This document shows, piece after piece, positions 28,139 to 38,312 of a DNA stretch of 64,000 bases (the stretch's first letter is position 1; every line of letters starts with the position of its first letter). The notes beneath the pieces were generated by a model. That model saw only the letters and a program-made list of their open reading frames with translations. It had not been told where the DNA came from and ran no database searches. The stretch is from positions 1,912,604-1,976,603 of the forward strand of contig NZ_CP170094.1 in NCBI RefSeq assembly GCF_042180575.1, given 5' to 3'. A program made the translations under genes and the position numbers. The DNA is from Bernardetia sp. OM2101. GTDB lineage: Bacteria; Bacteroidota; Bacteroidia; Cytophagales; Bernardetiaceae.

Positions 28139-30880
28139 TTGTATAAAATTTTACAAAAATCTTTTTTCAGTATGAATAAATCGCTACGTTTCCCTTCTTT
28201 TTTTTCTGCTCAGTTTGTGCCTACATTTTTTGCAGTTCTTTTTTTCGTTTCTACTTCGCTTTTTGTGTCGTCGTGTAAACCTACACAATCTACCACGGAT
28301 AATTCCACTAAAAAAGACACAACAAATACAGCCAATGAATTTCTTGTTCCGATAGAAGAATCTGAAAATCAATTTAAAAAAGATATTCCAGAGCCAATTT
28401 GGAAACCCAAAAAAGGAAGTTATCATGCTACCAAAACAAAAGAATTTGATTTACTTCATACAAAACTTAATATTACTCCAGATTGGGAAAGACAGTGGGT
28501 TTACTCAACAGCTACTCTGACAGTTCAGCCTCATTTTTATGACCAAAATAAAATTGATTTAGATGCAAAAGGACTAGCAATAGAATCTATAAAACTCTTG
28601 GCAGGAAGTTCAAAAAACCAAACTACAAAGCCGTTGCGTTGGGATTATGATGGAAAGTGGCTCACTATTCGTTTGGATAGAGAATATAAAAAAGATGAAA
28701 AAATAACAGTAGAAATAAATTATATAGCCAAACCAAATGAGGCAATTTGGACAAATAGTGTACTTTCAAATATTGAAGAAGAAGGTTTTTTCTTTATCAA
28801 CCCAGAAGGCAAAACAAAAGGAAAACCAAAACAGATTTGGACACAAGGCGAAACGTCAAACAATTCCATGTGGTTTCCAACTTTTGAAGGTTCTAATTTT
28901 AGAGGAACACAAGAAGTTTTAATTACTGTAGCTGATTCTTTACAGACACTTTCAAATGGAAGACTTGTTTCTTCTCAAAAAAATAATGACGGAACACGTA
29001 CCGATTATTGGAAAATGGAAAAGCCTCATGCGCCCTACCTTACAATGGTTGCCGTAGGAGAATTTGCAATTATTGAAGACAAATGGAAAGATGTCCCTTT
29101 GTATTATTACACCGAAAAATGGCACGCTCCGTATGCAAAAGATGTTTTTGGTAAAACGCCTGAAATGATAGAATTTTATTCCAACTACTTAGATTATCCA
29201 TATCCTTGGGAAAAATACGCTCAAATTATCGTTCGTGATTATACTTCGGGTGCAATGGAAAATACAAGTGCTTCCGTTTTTATGGAAGGGCTTTTAGTAG
29301 ATAAGCGTTCGGTTCAAGACCACGACTGGGAAGGAATTATTTCTCATGAACTCTTCCATCAATGGTTTGGAGATTTGATGACAGCAGAATCTTGGGCAAA
29401 TCTTGCCATGAACGAATCTTTTGCTGATTATGGAGAGTATCTTTGGTTAGAGCATAGCAAAGGAAAAAAAGATGCCGACCAAAATATTGCCAATGAAAAA
29501 ACAAGCTATTTTAGAGAATCTCAAGCCAAAAGAGAGCCTATTATTCGTTATTTTTATACAAGTGAGGATGATATGTTTGATTCTCATTCTTATGCAAAAG
29601 GTGCAGTAGTTTTGAATATGTTGCGTTATCATATTGGAGATGAAGCCTTCAAAATTACGCTTCAAAAATACGTAAAAGCAAATGCTTTCAAATCCGTAGA
29701 ATTAGATAATTTGAGATTAATAGCAGAGGAAGTTACAGGAATGGATTTAAAGTGGTTTTTTAATCAATGGTTTATGGAAGCAGGGCATCCAGAACTAAAT
29801 ATTGAACAAAATTACCAAGATGGAACGCTCAAAATGACCATTACGCAGACACAAGATTTGCGTTATTCTCCTATTTATCGCCTACCTTTAGAAGTGGATA
29901 TTTGGGAAAATGGAAAATCTACAAGACATAAATTTACCTTAGATAAAGCAGAACAGATTTTTGAATTTAAAACGGAATCAAAACCAGAGTTAGTTGTCTT
30001 TGATCCTTCTGGTTATCTTTTAGCTCAAAAAAATCAAGAAGAAAAAACACATCAAGAATGGCGTTTGCAAGCAAAGTATTATGAAAATTATATTCCAAAA
30101 ATAGCAGCTTTATATAATTTGGCTGGTTCGGTAGAAAATGATACAACTTTTAATTTATTAATGGAAGTAGCAAAAAATAATGATTTTGCAGCATATAGAA
30201 CACAGGCTATTCGTTCGCTAGGAGAATATAATCTTGCAAATTTAGAAAATCCAGAAGCAGAAGATGTTGAAAAACATATTACAGAAGTCGTAACTTTACT
30301 CAAAGAAATGGCTCTTAATGATAAAGATAACCTAACTCGTGCCTCTGCTATTGATATTGTTTCACAGTATGGAGCTTTTCCTCAACTTTGGGAACAAACT
30401 CTAAAAGATTCTTCTTATTTTGTGATCAGTAATACAATTTATTCATTGATAAATGTATATGGTGCAGAGGCGTTGGATAAAGTTGAGCCTTTCGAAAATA
30501 TTGAAGAGCGTCATGTCGTTTATGCTTTAGGAGAATATTATTCTGTTTATGGAATTGAAGGAAAATATGATTGGTTTGTGAAAAATATGAATAGAATTTC
30601 GGGTTCAGAAATGAGTTATTTTCTCAATCATTTTACGCAATATCTTATCAATCAACCTAAAGATATTCAAAAAAAAGGAATTGATTATTTAGTTTATCAA
30701 GCCAAAACAAATTCGTTTGTTCAAACTCGTAAAGATGCTTATCAATCACTTATTGTACTCAAAAATGCTCTTGATGAAGAAACAAAACTTGAACTAGAAA
30801 TCGAACAAAAAATGGATGAAATCAGAAACGAAGAAAAAGACCGTAGAGTAGCCGAATTTCAACAAGCTCTTGGTTTTTAA
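28139..30880 (+). CDS. M1-family zinc aminopeptidase (aminopeptidase N-like) lipoprotein with C-terminal HEAT-like repeats; alternative start at 28172
   Basis: GAMEN exopeptidase motif, HELFHQWFGDLMT (HEXXH) and downstream NESFADY Glu ligand; N-terminal signal and Cys. Confidence 0.85.
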   Translation: MYKILQKSFFSMNKSLRFPSFFSAQFVPTFFAVLFFVSTSLFVSSCKPTQSTTDNSTKKDTTNTANEFLVPIEESENQFKKDIPEPIWKPKKGSYHATKTKEFDLLHTKLNITPDWERQWVYSTATLTVQPHFYDQNKIDLDAKGLAIESIKLLAGSSKNQTTKPLRWDYDGKWLTIRLDREYKKDEKITVEINYIAKPNEAIWTNSVLSNIEEEGFFFINPEGKTKGKPKQIWTQGETSNNSMWFPTFEGSNFRGTQEVLITVADSLQTLSNGRLVSSQKNNDGTRTDYWKMEKPHAPYLTMVAVGEFAIIEDKWKDVPLYYYTEKWHAPYAKDVFGKTPEMIEFYSNYLDYPYPWEKYAQIIVRDYTSGAMENTSASVFMEGLLVDKRSVQDHDWEGIISHELFHQWFGDLMTAESWANLAMNESFADYGEYLWLEHSKGKKDADQNIANEKTSYFRESQAKREPIIRYFYTSEDDMFDSHSYAKGAVVLNMLRYHIGDEAFKITLQKYVKANAFKSVELDNLRLIAEEVTGMDLKWFFNQWFMEAGHPELNIEQNYQDGTLKMTITQTQDLRYSPIYRLPLEVDIWENGKSTRHKFTLDKAEQIFEFKTESKPELVVFDPSGYLLAQKNQEEKTHQEWRLQAKYYENYIPKIAALYNLAGSVENDTTFNLLMEVAKNNDFAAYRTQAIRSLGEYNLANLENPEAEDVEKHITEVVTLLKEMALNDKDNLTRASAIDIVSQYGAFPQLWEQTLKDSSYFVISNTIYSLINVYGAEALDKVEPFENIEERHVVYALGEYYSVYGIEGKYDWFVKNMNRISGSEMSYFLNHFTQYLINQPKDIQKKGIDYLVYQAKTNSFVQTRKDAYQSLIVLKNALDEETKLELEIEQKMDEIRNEEKDRRVAEFQQALGF

Positions 30881-30948
30881 TTTCTATCCTCAACGACGGT
30901 CTTGACCTCGTTGACGGTTTCTAGTTCACTTATTTAATCTAAAACACT

Positions 30949-31437
30949 ATGAAATTTATTATTCCTATATTTATATTATTTCTTTGCTTTTCTTGTGATT
31001 CGCCTTCAAAAAGTCACGCAAGTACAGACGAATCTGATAAAAAAGTAGAAGAAAAAAATGAAGAACAAAAGAAAGTCAAAAAAGCCCCTATCCAAATAGG
31101 AACAGATGAAGTTTTATTTAAAAGTTTTGGAACTGAACCTTTTTGGAGTGCAGAAGTTCGTAAAAGTGGTATTTTGTTTTCAAAATATGGATTAGATTCT
31201 ATAACTTTCGAATATGTAGAACCGAAAGCAGCAGAAAGCAGACCCATAGAATATTTTATGACTTATTTTTTGGAAGACCAAGACGGAAAACAAGCGCAAT
31301 TAGTCGTCAAAAAAGGAGAAGAGTGTGCTTGTTCAGACGGAATGTCGGACAAAGATTATGGTTATCACACTTTCTTTTTATATGACAATCAAATGTTTGA
31401 AGGATGTGGAGAGAAATCAGTTACCAGTGAGGAGTAA
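30949..31437 (+). CDS. Hypothetical lipoprotein
   Basis: Signal peptide with FLCFSCDS lipobox; no confident domain. Confidence 0.45.
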   Translation: MKFIIPIFILFLCFSCDSPSKSHASTDESDKKVEEKNEEQKKVKKAPIQIGTDEVLFKSFGTEPFWSAEVRKSGILFSKYGLDSITFEYVEPKAAESRPIEYFMTYFLEDQDGKQAQLVVKKGEECACSDGMSDKDYGYHTFFLYDNQMFEGCGEKSVTSEE

Positions 31438-31558
31438 TTAGTTACCAGTTAATTTCAAATGAAATTTCAAAAATGTATTGGTATTTATCTTCATTTTATC
31501 ATAAAAATCATATTAATCACTCGCTAATAAGTTACGGTATTTTAATAATTTAAGAAAA

Positions 31559-31930
31559 ATGGCAAAAATTCAAAACACATTCAAACATATTGAGGAAGAA
31601 AAAGAAATCAAAATTCCTACAAAAAGAGGCTTTTGGAGAAATCTAGCTGAGTGGGATTTTACCATTGACCAAGATTTTTTATTCCGAATAATGCCTTATG
31701 TTTTGTATGTTTCTTTTTTTGGAATTATCTATATTGCAAATCGTCATTATACAGAACGAGTAGTTAGAGAAGTTACTCAGCTTCGTCAAGAAGTAGAAGA
31801 ATATCAAATCGATTATCATGCTTTACAAACTCGTTATGTATATGATAGCAGAAGACAAGTAGTAGCTAAAAAAGCTGAACAATTAGGCTTAAAAGAAAGA
31901 GAAAAACCATTAGTAAGAATATCGGAATAG
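31559..31930 (+). CDS. ftsL: Putative cell-division protein FtsL (single TM, immediately upstream of ftsI)
   Basis: Small bitopic protein with one TM helix and coiled-coil region in the expected dcw-cluster position. Confidence 0.45.
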   Translation: MAKIQNTFKHIEEEKEIKIPTKRGFWRNLAEWDFTIDQDFLFRIMPYVLYVSFFGIIYIANRHYTERVVREVTQLRQEVEEYQIDYHALQTRYVYDSRRQVVAKKAEQLGLKEREKPLVRISE

Positions 31931-32070
31931 CCAATTACGAATTGTCAATTACGAATTACGATAAACTACTATTTCTATGCTAAATTTAGTAGTCGTAATT
32001 TTTAATTCATAGTTCGTAATTCGTAATCCGTAATTCGTAATTCGTAATCCGTAATTCGTAATTCGTAATT
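31931..32070. repeat. Array of TTCGTAA/TCCGTAA heptamer repeats with internal dyad symmetry between ftsL and ftsI
   Basis: ..caattacgaattacgataaactacta..tagtagtcgtaatttttaattc..gttcgtaattcgtaatccgtaattcgtaattcgtaatccgtaattcgtaattcgtaattg. Confidence 0.85.
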
Positions 32071-32075
32071 GATTT

Positions 32076-34202
32076 ATGGCAAAAACAGGAATAAGAAAAT
32101 ACATACTCGCTCGTGTCCGAATCGCTTTTTTGGTGGTTTCACTGATTGCCTTAGTGATTGTTTATAAAATGATGAACATTCAGATTGTAGAAGGCGAGCG
32201 TTGGAGCAGTAAAGCTAGAGGTGTAGAAATGCGTGATGTACAACCGACTAGAGGAAGCATTTTGGCAGATGATGGCAGTCTTTTGGCTACTTCTTTGCCT
32301 TTTTATCGTGTTGCTATTGACCCAACAGTGGCAGATAGCAGCATTTTTGAAGGTGGAATTGATTCTTTAGGAATGCTCTTATCTAAGTTTTATAAGGAAG
32401 AAGAGCCTAGTTATTATGTAAATATTTTAAGAGACTATCGTAAAAACAAAAAGAAATATTACGTAATTAGTAAAGAATTAATTGACCACGAAAACTATAA
32501 AAAACTATCTAAATTTCCCATTTTTAGAGAAGGTAGAAATAAAGGAGGCGTAATTTACGAACAAACCGACAGACGTTTTTTACCTTTTGGAGAACTTGCA
32601 AGACGTACTATTGGCTTTGTAACCGAAGAAGATACCACTCAATCCTTGAACGGTAGAGGATTGGAGTATAGTTTTAATAGTGAGTTGCAAGGTGTGGCAG
32701 GTGAGGCATTGTACGAACTTATTGCAGGTGGTTTTTGGAAGCCTGTTGATGATATGTCGCAAGTCAGACCCAAACCAGGGATTGATATTCAGACTACGAT
32801 TGATATAAATCTGCAAGATACAGTCCATCAGATTCTACAAAATGCACTTCGTCAGTATAAAGCAGAATATGGTTCAGTTATTTTAATGGAAGTAGCAACA
32901 GGAGAAATAAAGGCTCTTGTAAACTTGGGAATAAACTCAAACGGTTCGTATGTAGAAAACAATAATTATGCTGTCGGAGATATGGGACTTGCCGAACCTG
33001 GATCTACATTTAAGTTGATGTCTATGGCTGCACTTTTTGAAGATGAAGAAATTCCCATTTCATTATCAGATAGTGTCCAAACAGGTGATGGAGTTCATAA
33101 GTATTACGATGATGCAATTATGCGTGATGTGGCTGCGCTTGGAAAATTAAGTGTACAAGAAGTTTTTGAAAAGTCATCTAATGTTGGAATGTCGCTTTTG
33201 GTGTGGAAGTATTTCCGTAAAAATCCTGAAAAGTATTACGAATATCTCAAAAAATTTGGGCTTTCTCGTCCGTTAGGTTTTCAAATGGCAGGAGAAGCAC
33301 AGCCTTATATCAAATCTCCTTCTGACTCTTCGTGGAGTGGAAGTACACTTCCTTGGATGTCTATTGGTTATGAGCTTAAATTATCTCCTCTTCAAACACT
33401 TTCATTTTATAATACGGTTGCTAATAATGGAGTAATGGTTGAGCCAATTATTGTAAGCCAGACAAGACAAGCAGGAAAAACACTAAAAAGTTTTGATTCT
33501 AAAGTATTAAACAAACAAACACTTTCAGAAAAAACAGTCAAAATATTACAAACAATGCTTCGTGGTGCAGTAGAAAATGGAACTGCCAAAAAAATTGACA
33601 CAAAAATCTATCAAATTGCAGGAAAAACAGGAACTGCCGAAAAGGTCAGAAATGGAGAATATACCGAAGACCACTATACTTCTTTTGCTGGTTATTTTCC
33701 TGCTGACAATCCAAAATACTCGTGTATTGTAGTCATTGACGACCCAAAAACAGATAAGCGTTATGCTTCTGAAGTAGCTGCACCTATTTTTCGTAAGGTT
33801 TCTGATGTAGTTTATCAACGTTATTTGCACAAGCCTCTTTCAGAAGTTGAGCCAACAGCAACTGATAGTTTACACATGCGTTTGCCTTTTATTCGTGCTG
33901 GTTATCGTCCAGATTTGGATTTGGTATGTTCTCAATTAGGAATCAAAACAGAAAACCAAACGGTTCAGCAATGGGTAAAAACGAAAGTTGCAACCGATAC
34001 AGTTATGTGGATAGACAATCAAGCTGCTGCAAGTCTTGTTCCTGATGTGCGTGGAATGCGCCTTCGTGATGCACTTTATTTGTTGGAAAACTTAGGAATG
34101 AAAGTCGCCTTTGAAGGAAAAGGAAGAATTGTATCACAATCTTTAAATCCTAATGTAGCCATTCCAAAAGGAAAAACTATTTATTTGAAATTGAAGGAAT
34201 AG
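32076..34202 (+). CDS. ftsI: Penicillin-binding protein (FtsI/PBP3-like class B transpeptidase) with C-terminal PASTA-like domain
   Basis: STFK (SxxK), SSN and KTGTA active-site motifs; N-terminal TM anchor. Confidence 0.85.
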   Translation: MAKTGIRKYILARVRIAFLVVSLIALVIVYKMMNIQIVEGERWSSKARGVEMRDVQPTRGSILADDGSLLATSLPFYRVAIDPTVADSSIFEGGIDSLGMLLSKFYKEEEPSYYVNILRDYRKNKKKYYVISKELIDHENYKKLSKFPIFREGRNKGGVIYEQTDRRFLPFGELARRTIGFVTEEDTTQSLNGRGLEYSFNSELQGVAGEALYELIAGGFWKPVDDMSQVRPKPGIDIQTTIDINLQDTVHQILQNALRQYKAEYGSVILMEVATGEIKALVNLGINSNGSYVENNNYAVGDMGLAEPGSTFKLMSMAALFEDEEIPISLSDSVQTGDGVHKYYDDAIMRDVAALGKLSVQEVFEKSSNVGMSLLVWKYFRKNPEKYYEYLKKFGLSRPLGFQMAGEAQPYIKSPSDSSWSGSTLPWMSIGYELKLSPLQTLSFYNTVANNGVMVEPIIVSQTRQAGKTLKSFDSKVLNKQTLSEKTVKILQTMLRGAVENGTAKKIDTKIYQIAGKTGTAEKVRNGEYTEDHYTSFAGYFPADNPKYSCIVVIDDPKTDKRYASEVAAPIFRKVSDVVYQRYLHKPLSEVEPTATDSLHMRLPFIRAGYRPDLDLVCSQLGIKTENQTVQQWVKTKVATDTVMWIDNQAAASLVPDVRGMRLRDALYLLENLGMKVAFEGKGRIVSQSLNPNVAIPKGKTIYLKLKE

Positions 34203-34241
34203 ATTGTAGGGAATAGTATTATAGTTTTAAAATAAAATTTT

Positions 34242-35234
34242 ATGAAAAAATTAAAGACAATAGATTTATTTGCAGGAATTGGAGGATTACGTTTAGCTTT
34301 TAAAAAATATAATTGTCAAAATGTATTTACTTCAGAATGGGATAAAGATGCTCAAAAAATGTATGAAGCAAATTTTGATGAAAAACCCTTTGGAGATATT
34401 ACTCAAATTCTGCCACAAGAAATACCAAATCATGATATTTTATTAGCAGGGTTTCCTTGTCAGCCTTTTTCAGTAATTGGAAATAGAGAAGGTTTTTCGG
34501 ATACTAGAGGAACTCTTTTTTTTAATATTGAAGAAATTCTCAAAGAAAAAAAACCTTATTCATTTGTCTTAGAAAATGTAAAACAGTTACGTTCACATGA
34601 TAAAGGGCGAACTTTTAAAGTTATTTTACAAAAACTAGAAGAGTTAGGATATTTTGTACATCATACAGTTTTAAATGCTTTAGATTTTGGACTTCCACAA
34701 AAAAGAGAGCGTACAATTATTGTAGGTTTTAGAGAAAACATAAACTTCCAGTTTCCCAAGCCTTTAGGAGAATACCCACCACTTTCTGAATTTTTGACAC
34801 CTGAAAATGAAGTAGATAAAAAACTTTTTGCTTCTCAAAAAATTTTAGATAAAAGACAAGCAAGATTAAAAAAAGAACCCTTTTTTCCCTCTATTTGGCA
34901 CGAAAACAAAGGTGGAAATATTTCAGTTTTGCCTTATTCTTGTGCTTTACGTGCAGGAGGTTCTTACAATTATTTATTAGTAAATGGAAATAGAAGACTT
35001 TCAGAAAGAGAACTTTTACGTTTACAAGGCTTTCCAGAAGATTTTAAAGTTGTGGTTAGTTATACAGCAATGCGAAAACTGACAGGAAATAGTGTCGCCA
35101 TTCCAGTTTTTGAAGCTGTTGCAGAAAAAATGATGGAGGCAATGGAAAGCAAAAAAATTCTTCCAATTACAAGACAACTTACTATTTTAGAATCTAATTA
35201 TGAATATTCAAATAGCAATACAGGCACTAGATAA
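34242..35234 (+). CDS. DNA cytosine-5 methyltransferase
   Basis: Motif I DLFAGIGG, motif IV GFPCQPFS, motif VI ENV, motif VIII QKRER. Confidence 0.9.
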   Translation: MKKLKTIDLFAGIGGLRLAFKKYNCQNVFTSEWDKDAQKMYEANFDEKPFGDITQILPQEIPNHDILLAGFPCQPFSVIGNREGFSDTRGTLFFNIEEILKEKKPYSFVLENVKQLRSHDKGRTFKVILQKLEELGYFVHHTVLNALDFGLPQKRERTIIVGFRENINFQFPKPLGEYPPLSEFLTPENEVDKKLFASQKILDKRQARLKKEPFFPSIWHENKGGNISVLPYSCALRAGGSYNYLLVNGNRRLSERELLRLQGFPEDFKVVVSYTAMRKLTGNSVAIPVFEAVAEKMMEAMESKKILPITRQLTILESNYEYSNSNTGTR

Positions 35235-35642
35235 AGTTATCCAAAAATCAAGAGTTCATTTGTATAAACCTATACAAATTGCTGAAATTCTTTATAGGGA
35301 TAGAGTAGAAAGAGATATTGACCTTTCTAATTTAGAAACTTATCGCAATCCTTCTAAAAAATGGCGAGACATAATTTGTATGCAGTTTCTGGGTAGAGTC
35401 AGTACTTCATCAGCTCGTTATCAAGATGATATTTTCAATCAAAATGCTATTCCTCCTGCTTTATTAGAGATATTGGGAAAAGAAAACAGAGCGAAAAATG
35501 GAATTATAGAAGCACATATTTACACACAATTTTCAAAGCGTTTTACTCAAATGAATAGTGCTTTAGATTATTGCAAATTACATGATAGAAGCAATTTTCA
35601 GCTCACAGAGTTTTTAGATTTATTTTGGAAGGAAAAAGGTTT
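35200..35642 (+). pseudogene. 5' portion of a putative cognate restriction endonuclease gene, truncated by IS insertion (the last residues of the ORF are encoded by the IS inverted repeat)
   Basis: Overlaps the methyltransferase stop by 35 nt (typical R-M coupling); the ORF runs into the IS left inverted repeat at 35643. Confidence 0.4.
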
Positions 35643-36556
35643 AGAGCCTGTTCGAGTTTAGTTTAAAAAAAAAGAACATCAGATTTTTTTATTAGTTAAG
35701 TAATTGATTTTCAGTTACTAATTAAAATATCAATTTCTATGTTTACTAATGAATATTTATCTGATGCTCTTTGGCAATATATGAAAAAATTTATACCTTC
35801 TTCGTATTTGAAAAGAAAACGCAAACACAGTTTGTATAATTTATTTTCTGGTCTATTCTATCTTACTCGTTCAGGTAGCAGTTGGCGTTTGCTTCCTAGT
35901 AGTTATGGTGTTCCTTGGAGTAGCTTGTATGATTATTTCAGTAAGTGGCAGCAGACAGGTTGGTATAAAAAGCTGTTAGATAAGCTTGTTAGAAGGGAAC
36001 GTATAGCACAAGGTAGAAATCCAAGACCTTCTTTGGGTTGTATAGACTCTCAAAGTGTTCAGAGTGTTTATGGAGGAGAGGCGATAGGAGTGGACGGCTA
36101 TAAGCTCAAAAAAGGACGGAAACGGCATATTTTAGTAGATACGCAAGGAAATTTACTAGAATTAGAGATTAGTCCAGCCAATCAAGCCGATGTAAATCAA
36201 CTTGCTTATTTGTCGTATTTAGCTCAGTTTAGAGGCAGACCATTTTTCAAAATTCTTGCTGATGCAGGGTATAGAAGTGGGGCTTTGGCTACTGAAATAT
36301 TTAGTCAAACAGGAGTGCAAGTGGAAATTGTCAATAGTCCAAGAAGAGAAAAAAAAGATGATAAAGCATTTGTTCCACAACCCAAAAGATGGGTTGTAGA
36401 AAGAACATTTGCGTGGCTCAATCAGAACCGAAGACTAAAAGTAGATTATGAAAAAACAAGAAAATCTGCAAAGGCATTTGTGTATTTAGCTATGATTTTG
36501 AATCTCATAAACAAAGGAGCTAAAAGAAATAAAAAATAAAAACTCGAACAGGCTCT
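35643..36556 (+). mobile_element. IS5-family (ISL2/IS1031-like) insertion sequence, about 914 bp, with 17-bp terminal inverted repeats
   Basis: agagcctgttcgagttt (35643-35659) and aaactcgaacaggctct (36540-36556) are perfect inverted repeats flanking the transposase ORF. Confidence 0.8.
35739..36539 (+). CDS. IS5-family DDE transposase
   Basis: DDE_Tnp_1-type motifs including ..WVVERTFAWLNQNRRL.. near the C-terminus. Confidence 0.85.
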   Translation: MFTNEYLSDALWQYMKKFIPSSYLKRKRKHSLYNLFSGLFYLTRSGSSWRLLPSSYGVPWSSLYDYFSKWQQTGWYKKLLDKLVRRERIAQGRNPRPSLGCIDSQSVQSVYGGEAIGVDGYKLKKGRKRHILVDTQGNLLELEISPANQADVNQLAYLSYLAQFRGRPFFKILADAGYRSGALATEIFSQTGVQVEIVNSPRREKKDDKAFVPQPKRWVVERTFAWLNQNRRLKVDYEKTRKSAKAFVYLAMILNLINKGAKRNKK

Positions 36557-36621
36557 TAAAAAGAAGTCTCGATAAAATTTATGAAATAATCGTTTTTGCC
36601 CTTTTTTCTTCACTCGTTGAA

Positions 36622-37161
36622 GTGCTAGAAATTGATATTGAAGTTTCTTACAGCCCCTCTAAAAAGCCTATTTTAGAAGAGTTTTCTGATTTTACTTCTC
36701 GCATTTTAAATCTATCCACAGACAAAAATAACTTTAAAACTAAAGCAAAAATTCATAGAGTTGGAGTTACTAATGCAGCAGATAGAGGGTTGGATATGTG
36801 GTCTAGTTTTGGTTTAGCAATTCAAATAAAACATCTTTCATTAAATGAAGAAATGGCTGAAAATATTGTCAATTCTATTACAGCAGATAGAATAGTAATT
36901 GTATGTAAAAAAGCTGAACAAAAAATAATTCTTTCTCTTCTTAATCAAATTGGTTGGAAGTCAAAAATTCAGACTATTGTAACAGAAGTAGATTTAATAA
37001 ATTGGTATGAAAAGGCTTTAAGAGGAGAAAACAACAATTTGATAGGACATAAAGTAATAGAAATTTTGAATAGCGAAATTGAAACAGAATTTCCTGCAAC
37101 GAAAAATACAGAGTTTGAAGACTTTGTTAAATCAAGAAATTATCAACTGCTTTATACATAA
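36622..37161 (+). CDS. Hypothetical protein; possibly the 3' portion of the IS-disrupted restriction endonuclease
   Basis: ORF begins just downstream of the IS right end, co-directional with the methyltransferase and the upstream fragment; no family recognised. Confidence 0.35.
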   Translation: MLEIDIEVSYSPSKKPILEEFSDFTSRILNLSTDKNNFKTKAKIHRVGVTNAADRGLDMWSSFGLAIQIKHLSLNEEMAENIVNSITADRIVIVCKKAEQKIILSLLNQIGWKSKIQTIVTEVDLINWYEKALRGENNNLIGHKVIEILNSEIETEFPATKNTEFEDFVKSRNYQLLYT

Positions 37162-37757
37162 AACTCTATAAAAAAACCTCCCCAAAAGAAAGATAAACAT
37201 TCTTTTGAGGAGGTTTCAATTAAAGTTAAATTAGAAAATGCACAATTATCTAGCAACCTTCAAAATTTGATGAGTTTGCTTAAATTAAAAGATAAAGAGT
37301 AATAAACTTAGAGTAGAGTTTTTGCGTTAATTATGAAGAACATTAAAAAATATAATTATATGAATACTACCTATTTAGTTGATACAGAAGGAAATAAAAT
37401 AGCTGTGCAAATTCCAATAGCTGAATGGAATTTGATTGAAAAAGAAATGCAAAAACTACGTAAAAAATTGAAATTAGTGAGAATTTTAAAAAAAATTAGA
37501 ACCTGAAAGTTTAAACTGTCAAGCCACTTTTAAAATTTCAGACAGATTGTAATAACCTATAAATAATTTTGCCCAGTTACTTAACCCAAAACTTTCTATC
37601 TATTTGTATAAAGCCTATTCAAAGTGTTAAAATTGAATAGGTTTTTTGTTTGTGCTTATAAATTCTATTAAAAATCAAAATTAGAGAATTACTTTAGAGA
37701 GTTTTATCAAACTCTTTGTTACTTTTGTGGCTACAAATTTTATTTAAAACTTGATTT

Positions 37758-38285
37758 ATGCCAAATCTTCATTCTAAATACGTGTTAAGACTTTTATACT
37801 CTTCTCTTATTTGTTTTCCTTTTTTACTCTCTAGTTGTGAAAACTGCACTTTTATTAGTGATAATGTACAATTTGCAGCTATTTCCTTTTATGCAAACGA
37901 AGATAGTGAAGTAGCTATAGACACAGCATTTAATAAAATTGTAGGGGTTTTTACTCGTACTAATGAAGTAATGCCTACTGCGCTATACGATTCTACAAAT
38001 AAATTGAAGACTTTCGAACTGCCTATTTTCACTCGTGTAGATACAACAATGTTTGTTTTTTATAAATATAGAACTCTAAATTCGGTTCGTGATACTATTC
38101 AAGATACTTTGACAATGAAATATAGAGTCAATGTAGAAATTTTACCTCCTGATTGTGGGTATGATGAAGCCATTAATAACGTAGAAATTCTTTACAGTAC
38201 TTTTACTAGTGCGAAGGTAATAAGAGAAGAATTGAAAGAAATCAATGCAGATAATCCTTTACCTCATATCAGAATTATTCGATAA
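37758..38285 (+). CDS. Hypothetical lipoprotein
   Basis: Signal peptide with LLSSCEN lipobox. Confidence 0.45.
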   Translation: MPNLHSKYVLRLLYSSLICFPFLLSSCENCTFISDNVQFAAISFYANEDSEVAIDTAFNKIVGVFTRTNEVMPTALYDSTNKLKTFELPIFTRVDTTMFVFYKYRTLNSVRDTIQDTLTMKYRVNVEILPPDCGYDEAINNVEILYSTFTSAKVIREELKEINADNPLPHIRIIR

Positions 38286-38312
38286 GTTAAAATAGATTTA
38301 ATTGTAACTATA

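Noticed and set aside
31931-32070. Heptamer-repeat blocks as possible CRISPR arrays
   Set aside because: The unit is only 7 nt with no unique spacers, no cas genes nearby, and copies are scattered as short blocks. This is a simple-repeat family, not CRISPR.
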